DNA of 64,000 nucleotides from an uncultured Limibaculum sp. (GCA_964475765.1 CAYYZH010000003.1:2945-66944); one strand, 5' to 3'. Positions 44,514-55,049 are shown, numbered from the stretch's first letter. Notes: a model not told the origin generated them from the sequence alone. Program-made: numbers and translations.

Positions 44514-47500
44514 CTACTCCGCCGCGACGGGAGGGAGTTTCGGCTTTGGATCGATATCCGGATCCTTTGCGCGAGGTGGGTTCGCGAGCCAGCGGATATC
44601 ATCGAAGATCATATAGAGGCTTGGGATCAGGAACAGCACGATGACGGTTGCAAATACGATGCCGTAGCCGAGCGAGATTGCCATCGGCACCAGAAACTGG
44701 GCCTGTCTCGATGTCTCGAAGATCATCGGAGCCAACCCGCAAAACGTTGTCATCGTGGTCAGAAGGATCGGCCGAAAGCGGCGCATTCCAGCCCGCCAAA
44801 CGGCGTCATACGCAGACGCGCCCGCAGCACGCGCCTTATTCGCATAGTCGATCATCACGATACCGGAATTGATCACCACGCCGGAGAGCGCGATGATCCC
44901 GAAGATGGAGATGATCGATAGCCCCATACCCATGATCAGATGCCCAACAATCGCACCGACAAAGCCGAACGGGATCGACATCATAATTATCGCTGGCTGT
45001 GCATAGGATTTGAACGGGATCGCCAGGAGCCCATAGATGATCACGAGCGTCAAAGCGACCGACGGAATGAAACTCAGCATCGTGTCGCGCTGCGCTGCCT
45101 GACGCCCCTGTAGCGAGTAGCCAAGGCCGGGATAGTCGGCCTGGAGCTGTGGAAGAAGGTCTTCCGTTGCGGCGGCCAGAATCTGGTTGGTCTTATCCCG
45201 CGGCTCGACATTGGCGCTGACGGTCACGACCCGCTGTGCATCTTCACGCACAATTGCTGCATCCGCACGCCCGCGAATGACATTGGCCACCTCATAGAGC
45301 GGAACCACACCGCCATCCGGCGTGCGCAACAACAGACCTTCGATATCGGCCTCCGACCGGCGTTCGGACCGGGGCGCGCGGACGCGTACTGTAACCTCGT
45401 TCCGCCCGTCCTGTTGCGAGAGCGCCTCGACCCCGAAGAACGCCGCACGCACCTGTGCCGCGACGTCTTCCGCGGTCAGTCCCAGACTGCGCCCTTCCTC
45501 GGTCAGACTGTAGGCAAGTTCGATCTTACCCGGAGAGAACCCGTCATCGGGGTCACGCACATGATCGAAGTCGTTAAGGAGCGTCGCAAGCCGGGCCGCC
45601 GCCTGCTCGAGTACTGCGGTGTCGCTGTGGGAAAGACGGATTTCGAGGCTGGATCCACCTGGACCGCCCCAGGACGACTCGAACCGTATGGATCGCGCGC
45701 CCGGCACTTTCCCTACCGCCTCGCGCCACAGAGATGTAAATTCGCGGGTGCCAATCGGCCTGATATCCGGATCCTGCAAATAGGCCCGCAGATCGACCTT
45801 CGTCCCATCAATCTCGGCATACACTCCTATCCCGAGTTCATCGCCGCCGTTCTCGGCAATGACTGCGTTGGCCGCATCGACAACATGTCGTTGAGCGGCT
45901 ATGGTTGTCGCCAACGGCGTTCCAACCGGCATGGTCACCACAGCCTTGGAGTAATCCCGGGGCACCGGCGGAAACAGTCCCCAGCCCATGCGGCCACTCA
46001 GCGGCCAAGCCACTGTCACAGCAAGGATCAGGATCATCAGTGCCACAGTCGTGTAACGCCAGTTCATCGCAACCCTGAGCGCTGGCCCATAGACGTTGGC
46101 GATAAACCACGCCAGACCACTAGAAAAGAACTGCTGTGTCGGGGCGATAATTCCACGATAGAGCGGTCCGAAAACAGCCGATGAGATACGCGACAACGCC
46201 CCCTTGCCTTCACCGGCGAGGTGGGCGGGCAGAATGAACAGCGCCTCGATCCAGCTCATCAGAAAGGCCAACGCGACAATGATCGGGATGACGATCCAGA
46301 ACTTCCCCATCCACCCCGGCACAAGCGCCAACGGGATGAAGGCCGCGATATTTGTCATGATCGAGAAGCTTAGTGGCACCGCAATATCGCGGGCACCCTG
46401 AATAGCAGCTTCGAGGAACGCCATGCCTCGTTGTCGATATTCGTGAATGTTCTCCCCGGCCACGATGGCATCGTCGACCACAATCCCGAGCGCGAGAATG
46501 AAGGCGAACATCGACACCAGATTGATCGATACGCCAGTCCAAGGGAGCAAAAGCAGCGTCCCCATGAATGCGGTCGGGATGCCCAATGCGACCCAGAATG
46601 CCAGGCGCAATTCGAGGAATAGACTGAGGATCAAAAGCACAAGGCAGAGCCCAATCGCCCCGTTGCGCGTCAACAGTTCCATCCGATCGCGATAGTATTT
46701 CGACCGGTCATTTAGAATGACCGCGTCAATGCCATCCGGCAGAGCAGCCATAGCCTCGGGCAAAACACGCCTTGTGGTGTCCGCCACACTGATCGGCGTT
46801 TCTTCTCCGACGCGAAACACATTGATTTCGATCGCAGATTTTCCGTCGAAGCTGGCCCGCTTGTTGCTGTCGTCAAAGCCGTCGCGAACAACTGCTATGT
46901 CGCGCAACCGGACCAATGCTCCGCGAACATCCGCGATCAAAGGGATATTGCCAAAGTCGAAAGCTTCGTCACGGCGATCTGCCATGCGCAGAAGCAGATC
47001 GCCTCCTACCGTCTCCAGCGTACCACCAGCCCGGTCCAGCGCGGTCCGACGTATCGTGGCAGCTACATCAGACAGGGTTAGTCCATGTGCCAACAGAGCG
47101 GTCTGCGAAATCTCGATATGAATCTGCCGTTCCCGCACATTGACCAGGTCCACCTGACTGATCTCGTCCTGCTGCAAAAGCTTGGTTCGGACCTGTTCCG
47201 CAGCCATCCGCAAGGACCGTTCGGTCGTGTCGCCGAAGATGTGGATCTCGATCACTGAACGGCGGCGTGGTTGGAGCGTTGCCACCGGATCTTCTGCGTC
47301 ATCCGGCAGGGATGTCACGCGATCCAGTGCCTGCTGGATATCGTTGTAAACCAACTCACGTGAGCGATCTGTCCCGACCTCCGCTGTGATCTGGGCGGAG
47401 CCCTCCGATGCCGTTGCTGCAATCGTGGCAATCCCCTGAACGGACCGCAACTCCTCTTCAATCGCCAGGACAATCGACTGCTCGACCTCTTCGGGCGTTG

Positions 47501-47681
47501 CACCCGGCAGCGCCACAGTGATTGTCGCAAGATCAGGTTCGATCTCGGGCAGATACTCCTGCTCAATCTTGAATAGCATGAATATGCCGCCAAAGATAAG
47601 CAACAGCATCAAGAGGTTCGCGGCCACCGCATTACGCGCCATCCACGCAATCGCACCATTGTCTCGCAGGCGCGGCGTCAT
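44514..47681 (-). CDS. RND efflux permease (AcrB/AcrD/AcrF family)
   Basis: 1055 aa; 'GIVVDDAIVAGEN', 'RFRPILLTT', 'AISLGYGIVFAT'. Confidence 0.95.
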   Translation of the reverse strand: MTPRLRDNGAIAWMARNAVAANLLMLLLIFGGIFMLFKIEQEYLPEIEPDLATITVALPGATPEEVEQSIVLAIEEELRSVQGIATIAATASEGSAQITAEVGTDRSRELVYNDIQQALDRVTSLPDDAEDPVATLQPRRRSVIEIHIFGDTTERSLRMAAEQVRTKLLQQDEISQVDLVNVRERQIHIEISQTALLAHGLTLSDVAATIRRTALDRAGGTLETVGGDLLLRMADRRDEAFDFGNIPLIADVRGALVRLRDIAVVRDGFDDSNKRASFDGKSAIEINVFRVGEETPISVADTTRRVLPEAMAALPDGIDAVILNDRSKYYRDRMELLTRNGAIGLCLVLLILSLFLELRLAFWVALGIPTAFMGTLLLLPWTGVSINLVSMFAFILALGIVVDDAIVAGENIHEYRQRGMAFLEAAIQGARDIAVPLSFSIMTNIAAFIPLALVPGWMGKFWIVIPIIVALAFLMSWIEALFILPAHLAGEGKGALSRISSAVFGPLYRGIIAPTQQFFSSGLAWFIANVYGPALRVAMNWRYTTVALMILILAVTVAWPLSGRMGWGLFPPVPRDYSKAVVTMPVGTPLATTIAAQRHVVDAANAVIAENGGDELGIGVYAEIDGTKVDLRAYLQDPDIRPIGTREFTSLWREAVGKVPGARSIRFESSWGGPGGSSLEIRLSHSDTAVLEQAAARLATLLNDFDHVRDPDDGFSPGKIELAYSLTEEGRSLGLTAEDVAAQVRAAFFGVEALSQQDGRNEVTVRVRAPRSERRSEADIEGLLLRTPDGGVVPLYEVANVIRGRADAAIVREDAQRVVTVSANVEPRDKTNQILAAATEDLLPQLQADYPGLGYSLQGRQAAQRDTMLSFIPSVALTLVIIYGLLAIPFKSYAQPAIIMMSIPFGFVGAIVGHLIMGMGLSIISIFGIIALSGVVINSGIVMIDYANKARAAGASAYDAVWRAGMRRFRPILLTTMTTFCGLAPMIFETSRQAQFLVPMAISLGYGIVFATVIVLFLIPSLYMIFDDIRWLANPPRAKDPDIDPKPKLPPVAAE

Positions 47682-47683
47682 GG

Positions 47684-48961
47684 TCAGCCACCCTCACGGG
47701 TGCGCAATGCCATGCCCTCGGTAAAGCTGGAAAGGGAGCTGACGATAATCCGGTCACCAGTTGCCAGGCCACCCTTGACCAGAACGTAATCTGCACCGCG
47801 CCAGACGACACTTACATCGCGTATTTCAAGTTTGTCCTCTGCGTTCATGACCCACACGGTATCACCATCTCTGAGGTGGCGCCGATCAAGTGAGATCGCA
47901 TTCTTGACAACTTTTCCTTCGACACGAGCGGTGACGAAACTGCCAAGGAGCAATTGCGGCTGTCCCGCATTCTCGGGATTACGAGCCATGGGGTCGGGGA
48001 CCGAGACAATGATCTCCGCCATCCGCCCAACCTCTGACAGTTCAGCTCCGATGCGCACAATCTCACCGCGCCGACTTTCGCCCGGCAACCATGCGGAATC
48101 CTGTGTCACCTGCACGGAAGTCTGTCCCGGATCGAGCCGCGCAAGTGCGGCAGGGGGTACAGACAGCGTAATATGGAAACGGTCCGCTGCAACAAGTTCG
48201 GCGGCAACCGTCCCTTGGGTCAACATCGCGCCAGGCGCGACATCCTCGGCTACAACAATTGCATCAAATGGCACCCTCGCAACCGTTCGTGCCAACGCAT
48301 TCTCCGCTTGCGCGAGGGTCGCCTCAGCAGCCGTTCTCTCGGCCCGCAACTGGGCCATCTGTGGCTCGCGCAGCACCAGCGCACGCTGACTATCTGTAAG
48401 ATTGCGCGAAAGTCTGGAAAGTTCGCGTTTACCGATTTCCTGCTGGCCGTCTTCAATCGAGATGCGTGCATCGATCTCTGCGATCTCCGCTTCGGCTTGA
48501 GCCACTGCGAGCTTCAGATCTGCATCATCGAACTTTGCAGCAACATCGCCCGCAGCGAGAAATCCACCTGGCGCAAGATCAGGATGCACCGAGACGACTG
48601 TTCCCGCGATTTCGGGCCGCACTATCAACGTCTCCGCTGGTACAACCTCGCCCCATGCATCAATCACCGGACGTAAGTCTTCCACTTTGGCCGGCATAAC
48701 TTCGACTAGACGGGCACTGCGCGGCCGTTCGGAGCGCTCGGCAACCGGTGCGGATCCCATGATGTGCTGGTAGGAAAAATAGGCAGCAACGAGAACAATA
48801 CAGGGCAAGCAAAGCTGCAGAACTACCGCAATGGACCGGTGCCATAGCGGTGCGGCGCGCACAGGCAAAGCACCGGCCGTCTTGTCCTCGCTGGGCATGA
48901 TCTCCGGTTCGGCACGCTTTGACTGCATGCGAGAGACCACAGGCGGTGACTGCCTATTCAA
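47684..48961 (-). CDS. RND efflux periplasmic adaptor (MFP)
   Basis: N-terminal TM; 'WGEV', lipoyl-like 'PEIAGTV', 'VARVPFDA', 'GLATGDRII'. Start may be ATG 48898. Confidence 0.9.
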   Translation of the reverse strand: MNRQSPPVVSRMQSKRAEPEIMPSEDKTAGALPVRAAPLWHRSIAVVLQLCLPCIVLVAAYFSYQHIMGSAPVAERSERPRSARLVEVMPAKVEDLRPVIDAWGEVVPAETLIVRPEIAGTVVSVHPDLAPGGFLAAGDVAAKFDDADLKLAVAQAEAEIAEIDARISIEDGQQEIGKRELSRLSRNLTDSQRALVLREPQMAQLRAERTAAEATLAQAENALARTVARVPFDAIVVAEDVAPGAMLTQGTVAAELVAADRFHITLSVPPAALARLDPGQTSVQVTQDSAWLPGESRRGEIVRIGAELSEVGRMAEIIVSVPDPMARNPENAGQPQLLLGSFVTARVEGKVVKNAISLDRRHLRDGDTVWVMNAEDKLEIRDVSVVWRGADYVLVKGGLATGDRIIVSSLSSFTEGMALRTREGG

Positions 48962-49131
48962 TGCGTTTTCCTCAATCCCCGGTGCCCATGCACCGTACTC
49001 CGGTCAGATATATACCACTTCGCCTGATTTTCCGCCGAAATTTCGTGCTGACCGGTTCGAACGGGGGTATTCTCACGGATGTTTGACATCCATCTGTGTT
49101 CTTAATGACCACCTCTGAAAACCAACAAGGC

Positions 49132-49284
49132 ATGGGAACATGCCCGATTTGCCATGCTTCCACGGCCCAGCGCTGGCGCCCGTTTTGTTCTGGCAGGTGC
49201 GCTGATGTGGACCTTGGACGATGGTTGAATGGTTCCTATGCCATTCCAACGGAAGATGCGTCCAATGATCCTTCCGAGGCCTGA
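49132..49284 (+). CDS. yacG: DNA gyrase inhibitor YacG
   Basis: 'CPIC...[24 protein letters not shown]'; alternative start ATG 49105. Confidence 0.93.
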   Translation: MGTCPICHASTAQRWRPFCSGRCADVDLGRWLNGSYAIPTEDASNDPSEA

Positions 49285-49300
49285 AACGCGCCTTCCCCGA

Positions 49301-49708
49301 TCATGGAGTTCTCTTTAAAGGCCGATGGTCTTGTTGTTCGCTTATGCGCGTGGACTGACGTGATAGGTCTGCCTGGACCCGCTCAACATTTGCATCAAAC
49401 GCCAGCTCTTTGCCATACGCTTTGGCAAGCTCCTTTGATTGTGAGATAACTGCCAAGTCGTGGTTAGACGCGTCCTCTTCCGAAAGCCTTGCGCGCGCGT
49501 TCTGGGCACGGAGCCAGCGAGCACGATCGATCATTTCTGAGGACGCCTCCGCGACATCGCCACGCGTCATCATCTGTCGAATACCAGAGGCCTTGGCCCT
49601 TGCCGCCTGAGCGGCCATTTGTGCGCCCTTGACGCGTGCCATTTCGGAGGCTTTCACGGCGGCGAGAACACGCTGGAGCCTTTTGAGACGTTTGAGTTTG
49701 TCGTTCAT
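49301..49708 (-). CDS. Hypothetical coiled-coil protein at the end of the flhA-fliR-flhB operon (FliJ-like candidate)
   Basis: 135 aa, Ala/Lys/Arg/Gln-rich, apparently helical; 21 nt downstream of the flhB stop. Confidence 0.6.
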   Translation of the reverse strand: MNDKLKRLKRLQRVLAAVKASEMARVKGAQMAAQAARAKASGIRQMMTRGDVAEASSEMIDRARWLRAQNARARLSEEDASNHDLAVISQSKELAKAYGKELAFDANVERVQADLSRQSTRISEQQDHRPLKRTP

Positions 49709-49729
49709 AACGGGCACTCTGGATGTTGG

Positions 49730-50824
49730 TTAACCGCCAAGGCGCTCTCGCCTTGTTTTCCGCATCTTGTCAGCAAAGACGATCGCCGCCGCGACAGCCT
49801 TGTAATGCTCGGGCTGGATGAGATGGCCGACTTCGACCAAACCGTGCACGGAGCGGGCTGTCGGTGGATCTTCTTGGATCGGGACACCGGCCTGTTCGGC
49901 ACGGCGGCGAATACTGTGCGCCATCTCATCAACGCCCTTCGCTACGCACTTCGGCACGTTCTCACCGCCCCTGTCCCAACTCAGCGCAACGGCGTAGTGT
50001 GTTGGGTTCACGATCACCACATCTGCGTTTGGTACATCCAGCAGCATACGATTGTTCGCAATACTGCGCGCCCGCTCCCGGCGCGACTGACGCATATGAG
50101 GATCGCCCTCTGCCTGTTTGCTCTCGTCCTTCACTTCCTGATGCGTCATGCGCATGCGCTTGAGGTGACTGTGGCGCTGCCACATCATGTCGAGCGCGGC
50201 AACTGCCAGCGCAAGGATCAGAATGCCTTGGATCACGTTCCAGAATTGCTTCTCCAGCAATGCCGGAAACGTGCGGTGACTTATGCGCGCATACCCGCTG
50301 AGGTGATCGACCTCGGCACTGATGGCGAAGCCTAGGACCGCCACAACCGCCGTCAGCTTGATCGCGCTTTTGGCAAACTCCATCAGACCATGAGGCCCGT
50401 ATTTCTGCTTGGCGTTGGAAACCGGTGATATGCGCGAGAGTTTTGGCTTGAGCTTGGACGGCGCGAGAACGATTGCGCGTTGCGAGATCAGAAGAACTAA
50501 GATCGCAGCCATGGGGAGAATGAAGAACGGCGCGATAGCTGCAAGGATACGGAGCGCGATCTGGCCGCCCATCGGGGTCATGGCAGGAGACAGAAACAGA
50601 TCGACCAACTCAAATGGTCGGGCGAGGAAGACCATAAGCGTCTCACCAAGATAGACCGCGCTCCAACTCCCAACCAGAAAAACTGCAGCGGAGAACCCAA
50701 GATATGCCAGAGCGGTCTGCGTATCTTGCGACCGCGCCATCTCTCCCTTCTTGCGCGATTTCTCAAGCTTGCCCTGGGACGCTTCGTGCGAACGTTCCTG
50801 GCCAGACTGGTTCTCCCCACTCAC
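49730..50824 (-). CDS. flhB: Flagellar export gate protein FlhB
   Basis: 'KLSRISP', 'EVKDESKQAEGDP', autocleavage 'VNPTHYAVAL', 'PKCVAKG'. Confidence 0.96.
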   Translation of the reverse strand: MSGENQSGQERSHEASQGKLEKSRKKGEMARSQDTQTALAYLGFSAAVFLVGSWSAVYLGETLMVFLARPFELVDLFLSPAMTPMGGQIALRILAAIAPFFILPMAAILVLLISQRAIVLAPSKLKPKLSRISPVSNAKQKYGPHGLMEFAKSAIKLTAVVAVLGFAISAEVDHLSGYARISHRTFPALLEKQFWNVIQGILILALAVAALDMMWQRHSHLKRMRMTHQEVKDESKQAEGDPHMRQSRRERARSIANNRMLLDVPNADVVIVNPTHYAVALSWDRGGENVPKCVAKGVDEMAHSIRRRAEQAGVPIQEDPPTARSVHGLVEVGHLIQPEHYKAVAAAIVFADKMRKTRRERLGG

Positions 50825-51603
50825 CTGAGACCCCCAAGAGGATCAACCAGAGTTCGTTGGAGGTGGACATCCCACTCGGCGAAAATTCCAGGAATGACGA
50901 GATAGAGCACTACAATCCCGATCCACACAAGAAACGGAACGCCGACCAGCGCAACAAGCAATTGGGGCATTGCGCGGTTCAAAGCGCCCAGCGCCAGGTT
51001 GTATGCAAAGCCAATGGCCACAAAGGGAGCCGCCAATGTGACACCAAGTGCGAAGGTGCGCGAAAGCGCCGCGATTGCCCATTCGGCCAAGGACGATGTG
51101 TCGGGAAACACGCCGAATGGGAAAACTGAGTAATACTCAACCAAGGCTGTGACCATGGCGATGTGTAAACCGGCCGAGAGCGCTATTGCGATGCCACCGA
51201 GTGAGAGGATTGTTGCAATTGTTGGCTCAGGATCGGGCGCAACGCCTGACCCAAACATCTGCGCGACGCTCAGATGCAACGCGGCCACCATTCCCGCAGT
51301 TTGCAACGCGAAAACCAAAAGCCTGAAAGAAAGCCCTAGAACAAGTCCAGCGACTGCTTCTGATACCAGAACCCGAGCGAGATCGACGGCGTTGTCGGGT
51401 GACAATGTCACCATTGAGCGTACCATCGGCAATAGCATCAGCGTAATCAGCAGAGCCGCCATCAACTTCAGCCGAACCGATAGTCCCCTCTCTCCAAGCC
51501 CAGGCACCAGAAAAATGACAGCGGCGACCCGGGTGAACACACCGGCAACCACGAAGGTCGTCTCGTTGGCAATCTGAAAGAGACGGGTAAGCTCCGCCTC
51601 CAT
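50821..51603 (-). CDS. fliR: Flagellar export gate protein FliR
   Basis: 'VFTRVAAVIFLVPGLGE', 'ALNRAMPQLLVALVGVP'; TGATG coupling to flhA and GTGA coupling to flhB. Confidence 0.93.
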   Translation of the reverse strand: MEAELTRLFQIANETTFVVAGVFTRVAAVIFLVPGLGERGLSVRLKLMAALLITLMLLPMVRSMVTLSPDNAVDLARVLVSEAVAGLVLGLSFRLLVFALQTAGMVAALHLSVAQMFGSGVAPDPEPTIATILSLGGIAIALSAGLHIAMVTALVEYYSVFPFGVFPDTSSLAEWAIAALSRTFALGVTLAAPFVAIGFAYNLALGALNRAMPQLLVALVGVPFLVWIGIVVLYLVIPGIFAEWDVHLQRTLVDPLGGLR

Positions 51604-53687
51604 CAAGCAGTGCCGACGAGGGAGAGGCGCGTCTTCGTTCCGATTTCATCAAAGGATAGAACTGGGTTCTCGATGCCTTTCGCCTCGAGCACCTGTCGCA
51701 GAAACCGACGGCGTCTTGCAGAGGTTGCTATCACAGGAGAGGCCTTTTGTGCCTCCGCACGCGCCAACATTCCCTTGACCGAGTTTGCCAAACGACTGAA
51801 TTCTTCGGGCGGAAGCGCAATGTCGGGCCGCCCGCCGTCATCCTGCTCGTGCTCCAGGAATTTAACCTCCCATTCAGGCGCGAGTTGGATCAAGGGAAGA
51901 TTGCCCTCCCCATCGCAGAGCCGTGAGATAATGTGGAACGCGATGCGACGCCGAACATGCTCTGCCGCTTCCTCATTCGACGCGCCCACGCCCCTTGCTT
52001 CTGCCAAGGCTTCGAGAATCAGGGGCAGGTTGCGAACGGAGACACGCTCTTCCAGCAGCATGCGCAAAACGTTCTGCAAGACATCGACCGGGATCTTGTC
52101 CGGCACAAACTCATCCAGCAACTTGCGGTTCGCATCATTACGTTGGCCGTCTGATGTCGCGACAAACTCATCGAGCAAACGCCGCATGGCCCGTCGCGTC
52201 AGAAGCCGCCCGAAGTTGGCCTGGATCATCTCTAGGAGATGGGTCGCCACAACCTCACCAGGCGATACGACGGGCATGCCCTCGGCCGACGCAGTTTCAT
52301 GCTCCGCCTCGGCAACCCAACGGGCAGGAGCGCCATAAACGGGCTCGGCGACGTCTTCGCCCTCGATAGGCCAGTCCACGTCTTCGTTGATCAAAACCAG
52401 CACTTTTCCAGGCCGCACTGCGGACGATGCGACCTCGACACCCTGAATGTGAATGGCATAGTTGTCGGAGGGCAGCATCGGGTCATCCGTCAACCTGACT
52501 TCAGGGATAACGAAGCCATATTCGGTGGCGATGTGACGACGCATGTTAACAATGCGGGTCTCTAGCCCGGCGCCTGGCTCCATCACCGCTGAGACGATAT
52601 TGGGCGCGAACCTGACATGGATCTCATCGACATCCAGGAGATCTCCCAACAGTTTGCGCGGAGCAGGCGAGGCCTCAGCCTCTTCAGCTTCGCCATCCAG
52701 GGCCGTCTCCCGTTTGTCCTCCAATCGTCCAGCAAGCACCGCAGCGATCGCCAGTACGGATGCACCAAGAATGAAAGGGACAAAAGGTAGCCCGGGCACA
52801 AACGCGAACACCGCCATAAGCCCGGCGACTGTTCCGAGCGCGCCGGGATACCCGCCCAACTGGTCGATCATCGCGCGATCCGCACTGCCATGCTGACCAC
52901 CTTTAGACAGCAACAGGGCAGCGGCAATCGAGGTGATGACGGACGGGATCTGGCTGACCAACCCGTCGCCGACGGTCAGAATCGAGTACGTTTCGATCGC
53001 CTGACCAAAGCTAAGGCCATGCGCCGCCATTCCCATGGCAAGTCCCATGACCAGGTTAAGCGCCGTGATCAGGAGACCGGCGATCGCATCGCCCTTAACA
53101 AACTTTGAGGCCCCATCAAGAGATCCAAAAAACGTAGTCTCTTCCTGTTCGATCCGGCGACGTTCCTTGGCTTCTTCATGGGTGATCGCGCCTGCGGCGA
53201 GGTCACTGTCAATGGCAAGCTGTTTGCCAGGCATTCCGTCGAGGGCAAACCGCGCACCCACCTCGGCCATCCGACCTGCGCCCTGCGTAATGACGATGAA
53301 GTTGACGATCAGGAGGACACCGAACACCACGAGGCCGAGGAAGATGTTTCCGCCCATAATGAACATAGCGAAGCCTTCGATGACCCCGCCGGCCGCGGAG
53401 GGCCCGGTGTGCCCTTCTCCGATAATGAGTTTGGTCGAAGAAACGTTCAGCGACAACCGGAGCATCAGTGCTCCCAGCAAGATCGTCGGGAATGCCGAGA
53501 AATCCAGCGGACGTTCGATGAACAGCGTAACCGTGAAGATCAAGATCGCCAGAGCGAACGACACGCTCAGGCCAATGTCTAGCATCCATGCCGGCATCGG
53601 CAGAACCATCATGACGATGATCGTCATGAGGGCGAGCGCTAGCAGCACCGTCGGTTTGTAAAGTGTAGCGACCGACAGCTTCTCCAT
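51603..53687 (-). CDS. flhA: Flagellar export gate protein FlhA
   Basis: Start refined to ATG 53687. 'DFSAFPT', 'AEVGARFALDGMPGKQLAID', 'FFGSLDGASKFVKGD', 'GDGLVSQIP'. Confidence 0.97.
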   Translation of the reverse strand: MEKLSVATLYKPTVLLALALMTIIVMMVLPMPAWMLDIGLSVSFALAILIFTVTLFIERPLDFSAFPTILLGALMLRLSLNVSSTKLIIGEGHTGPSAAGGVIEGFAMFIMGGNIFLGLVVFGVLLIVNFIVITQGAGRMAEVGARFALDGMPGKQLAIDSDLAAGAITHEEAKERRRIEQEETTFFGSLDGASKFVKGDAIAGLLITALNLVMGLAMGMAAHGLSFGQAIETYSILTVGDGLVSQIPSVITSIAAALLLSKGGQHGSADRAMIDQLGGYPGALGTVAGLMAVFAFVPGLPFVPFILGASVLAIAAVLAGRLEDKRETALDGEAEEAEASPAPRKLLGDLLDVDEIHVRFAPNIVSAVMEPGAGLETRIVNMRRHIATEYGFVIPEVRLTDDPMLPSDNYAIHIQGVEVASSAVRPGKVLVLINEDVDWPIEGEDVAEPVYGAPARWVAEAEHETASAEGMPVVSPGEVVATHLLEMIQANFGRLLTRRAMRRLLDEFVATSDGQRNDANRKLLDEFVPDKIPVDVLQNVLRMLLEERVSVRNLPLILEALAEARGVGASNEEAAEHVRRRIAFHIISRLCDGEGNLPLIQLAPEWEVKFLEHEQDDGGRPDIALPPEEFSRLANSVKGMLARAEAQKASPVIATSARRRRFLRQVLEAKGIENPVLSFDEIGTKTRLSLVGTA

Positions 53688-54433
53688 CAGCCGTCCACCT
53701 GCTGCTTTGATCGAACGATTAACCCTCCGGTTGCCCGCCGCAAAGCACCGAGCCCAATTGCGCCGGCCGTACTTCCGGATTGTGTCGGCGTCCGAACCGA
53801 GACCAACGACCGCAAAGGCCACTCGGCTTTGACACGTGCGACTTGCATCACCTTCTGAGAGCGCGTGGCTCCTTCCGAAGGGTGAGTTTCTTCGGCACGC
53901 CCATCCATTCCAGCAACCGCCTTCGCCACGAGGGCCCTGTAACGGTTAGAGTGTTTGGGCGTTCGTGAGTGATATAGTCCGGCCGCCTTAATCCAATCGC
54001 CGGTCTCACCGTGCAAGTCCTTCAGAAAACGAGCGGCATAATCGCCTGAAGGTCCCGGTTCGAACATGTGATCGATCGACGCGAAATGCTCTCCATGCCA
54101 GCGAAAATTTAGTTGGAAACAACCCACATCGAACGAAGTCTCACCGCCTGCAAGCGCCCGTTGCGCGTGGAGCAACGCACCGGCCCGAGAGTCGAACCAC
54201 CGCCCCTTGCCAGCAACGTTCACGGTCCACGGCCAAGGACCGGATGTGCCCTCTCTACGCGTCCTGGTTTCGACAAGAGTGATGGCCTGCATCACCTTTC
54301 GCGGGATGCCGTGACGGTCCGCGGCGACCGCCGCAGCCTGACGACAGATTGCCATTGTCTCGCTGGTGGATGCTTGCACCGTAGCAGGCCACGACAGAAC
54401 AAACGCGATGAGGGTAAGATGAGTGACACGCAC
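53687..54433 (-). CDS. Lytic transglycosylase (SLT domain), flagellar-associated
   Basis: Start refined to GTG 54433; signal peptide; 'AITLVETR', 'PWPWTVN', 'FDVGCFQLNFRWH', 'AAGLYHS'. Confidence 0.88.
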   Translation of the reverse strand: MRVTHLTLIAFVLSWPATVQASTSETMAICRQAAAVAADRHGIPRKVMQAITLVETRTRREGTSGPWPWTVNVAGKGRWFDSRAGALLHAQRALAGGETSFDVGCFQLNFRWHGEHFASIDHMFEPGPSGDYAARFLKDLHGETGDWIKAAGLYHSRTPKHSNRYRALVAKAVAGMDGRAEETHPSEGATRSQKVMQVARVKAEWPLRSLVSVRTPTQSGSTAGAIGLGALRRATGGLIVRSKQQVDG

Positions 54434-54435
54434 GT

Positions 54436-54702
54436 CTACCCTCCTGAGATGATGGGAATTATGCGATCCTGATAGAGCGTGACCAGCCCCTGGCTCATCC
54501 ACGGCATGGCCACCCAAAACACAGCCGCAATGGCTAGCAGTTTGGGCACGAATGTCAGTGTCAATTCCTGGATCGACGTCAGCGCTTGCAGCAACCCGAT
54601 CACCAATCCCACGGCCAAGGCCACCATCAACACCGGTGTCGCGACCAGAACTGCCGTCCAGACCGCTTCACGCATGATCGAGATGATTGCCGCTTCAGAC
54701 AT
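54436..54702 (-). CDS. fliQ: Flagellar export protein FliQ
   Basis: 'VGLVIGLLQALTSIQELTLTFVPK'. Confidence 0.97.
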   Translation of the reverse strand: MSEAAIISIMREAVWTAVLVATPVLMVALAVGLVIGLLQALTSIQELTLTFVPKLLAIAAVFWVAMPWMSQGLVTLYQDRIIPIISGG

Positions 54703-54732
54703 TCGGAACGCCGCCGGACTGCGCGACCAAGC

Positions 54733-55029
54733 TCAGACCGGCATCCTCAGCACTTCCTGATAGGCCTCAACGACCTTGTCGCGAACCGCAACAGCAGTCT
54801 CCAGTGCCATTTCCGTTGCTGTCAGAGCCTCTACCAGGCTTTGTACGTCACTGCGCCCGCTCATAGCCTCGGAGGTCGCCTGCTCTCCCCTTTCGACGGT
54901 GTCGCGCAGCTCCGTCAGAGCGTTGCGCAAGGCATCGGCAAAACTTGCCGAGTCCTGCTCGGAAGGCATCTGCTGGAGTGACTTGGTGGTGCCATATAGT
55001 TTTGACGCGGTCACGCTTTCGATGTTCAT
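54733..55029 (-). CDS. fliE: Flagellar hook-basal body protein FliE
   Basis: 'AVRDKVVEAYQEVLRMPV'. Confidence 0.96.
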   Translation of the reverse strand: MNIESVTASKLYGTTKSLQQMPSEQDSASFADALRNALTELRDTVERGEQATSEAMSGRSDVQSLVEALTATEMALETAVAVRDKVVEAYQEVLRMPV

Positions 55030-55049
55030 CGGGCTTCTCCCTGTTTCAC

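Noticed and set aside
49040-49075. GGTTCGAAC resembling a tRNA T-loop near yacG
   Set aside because: Flanks do not form a T-stem on either strand and no cloverleaf can be built.
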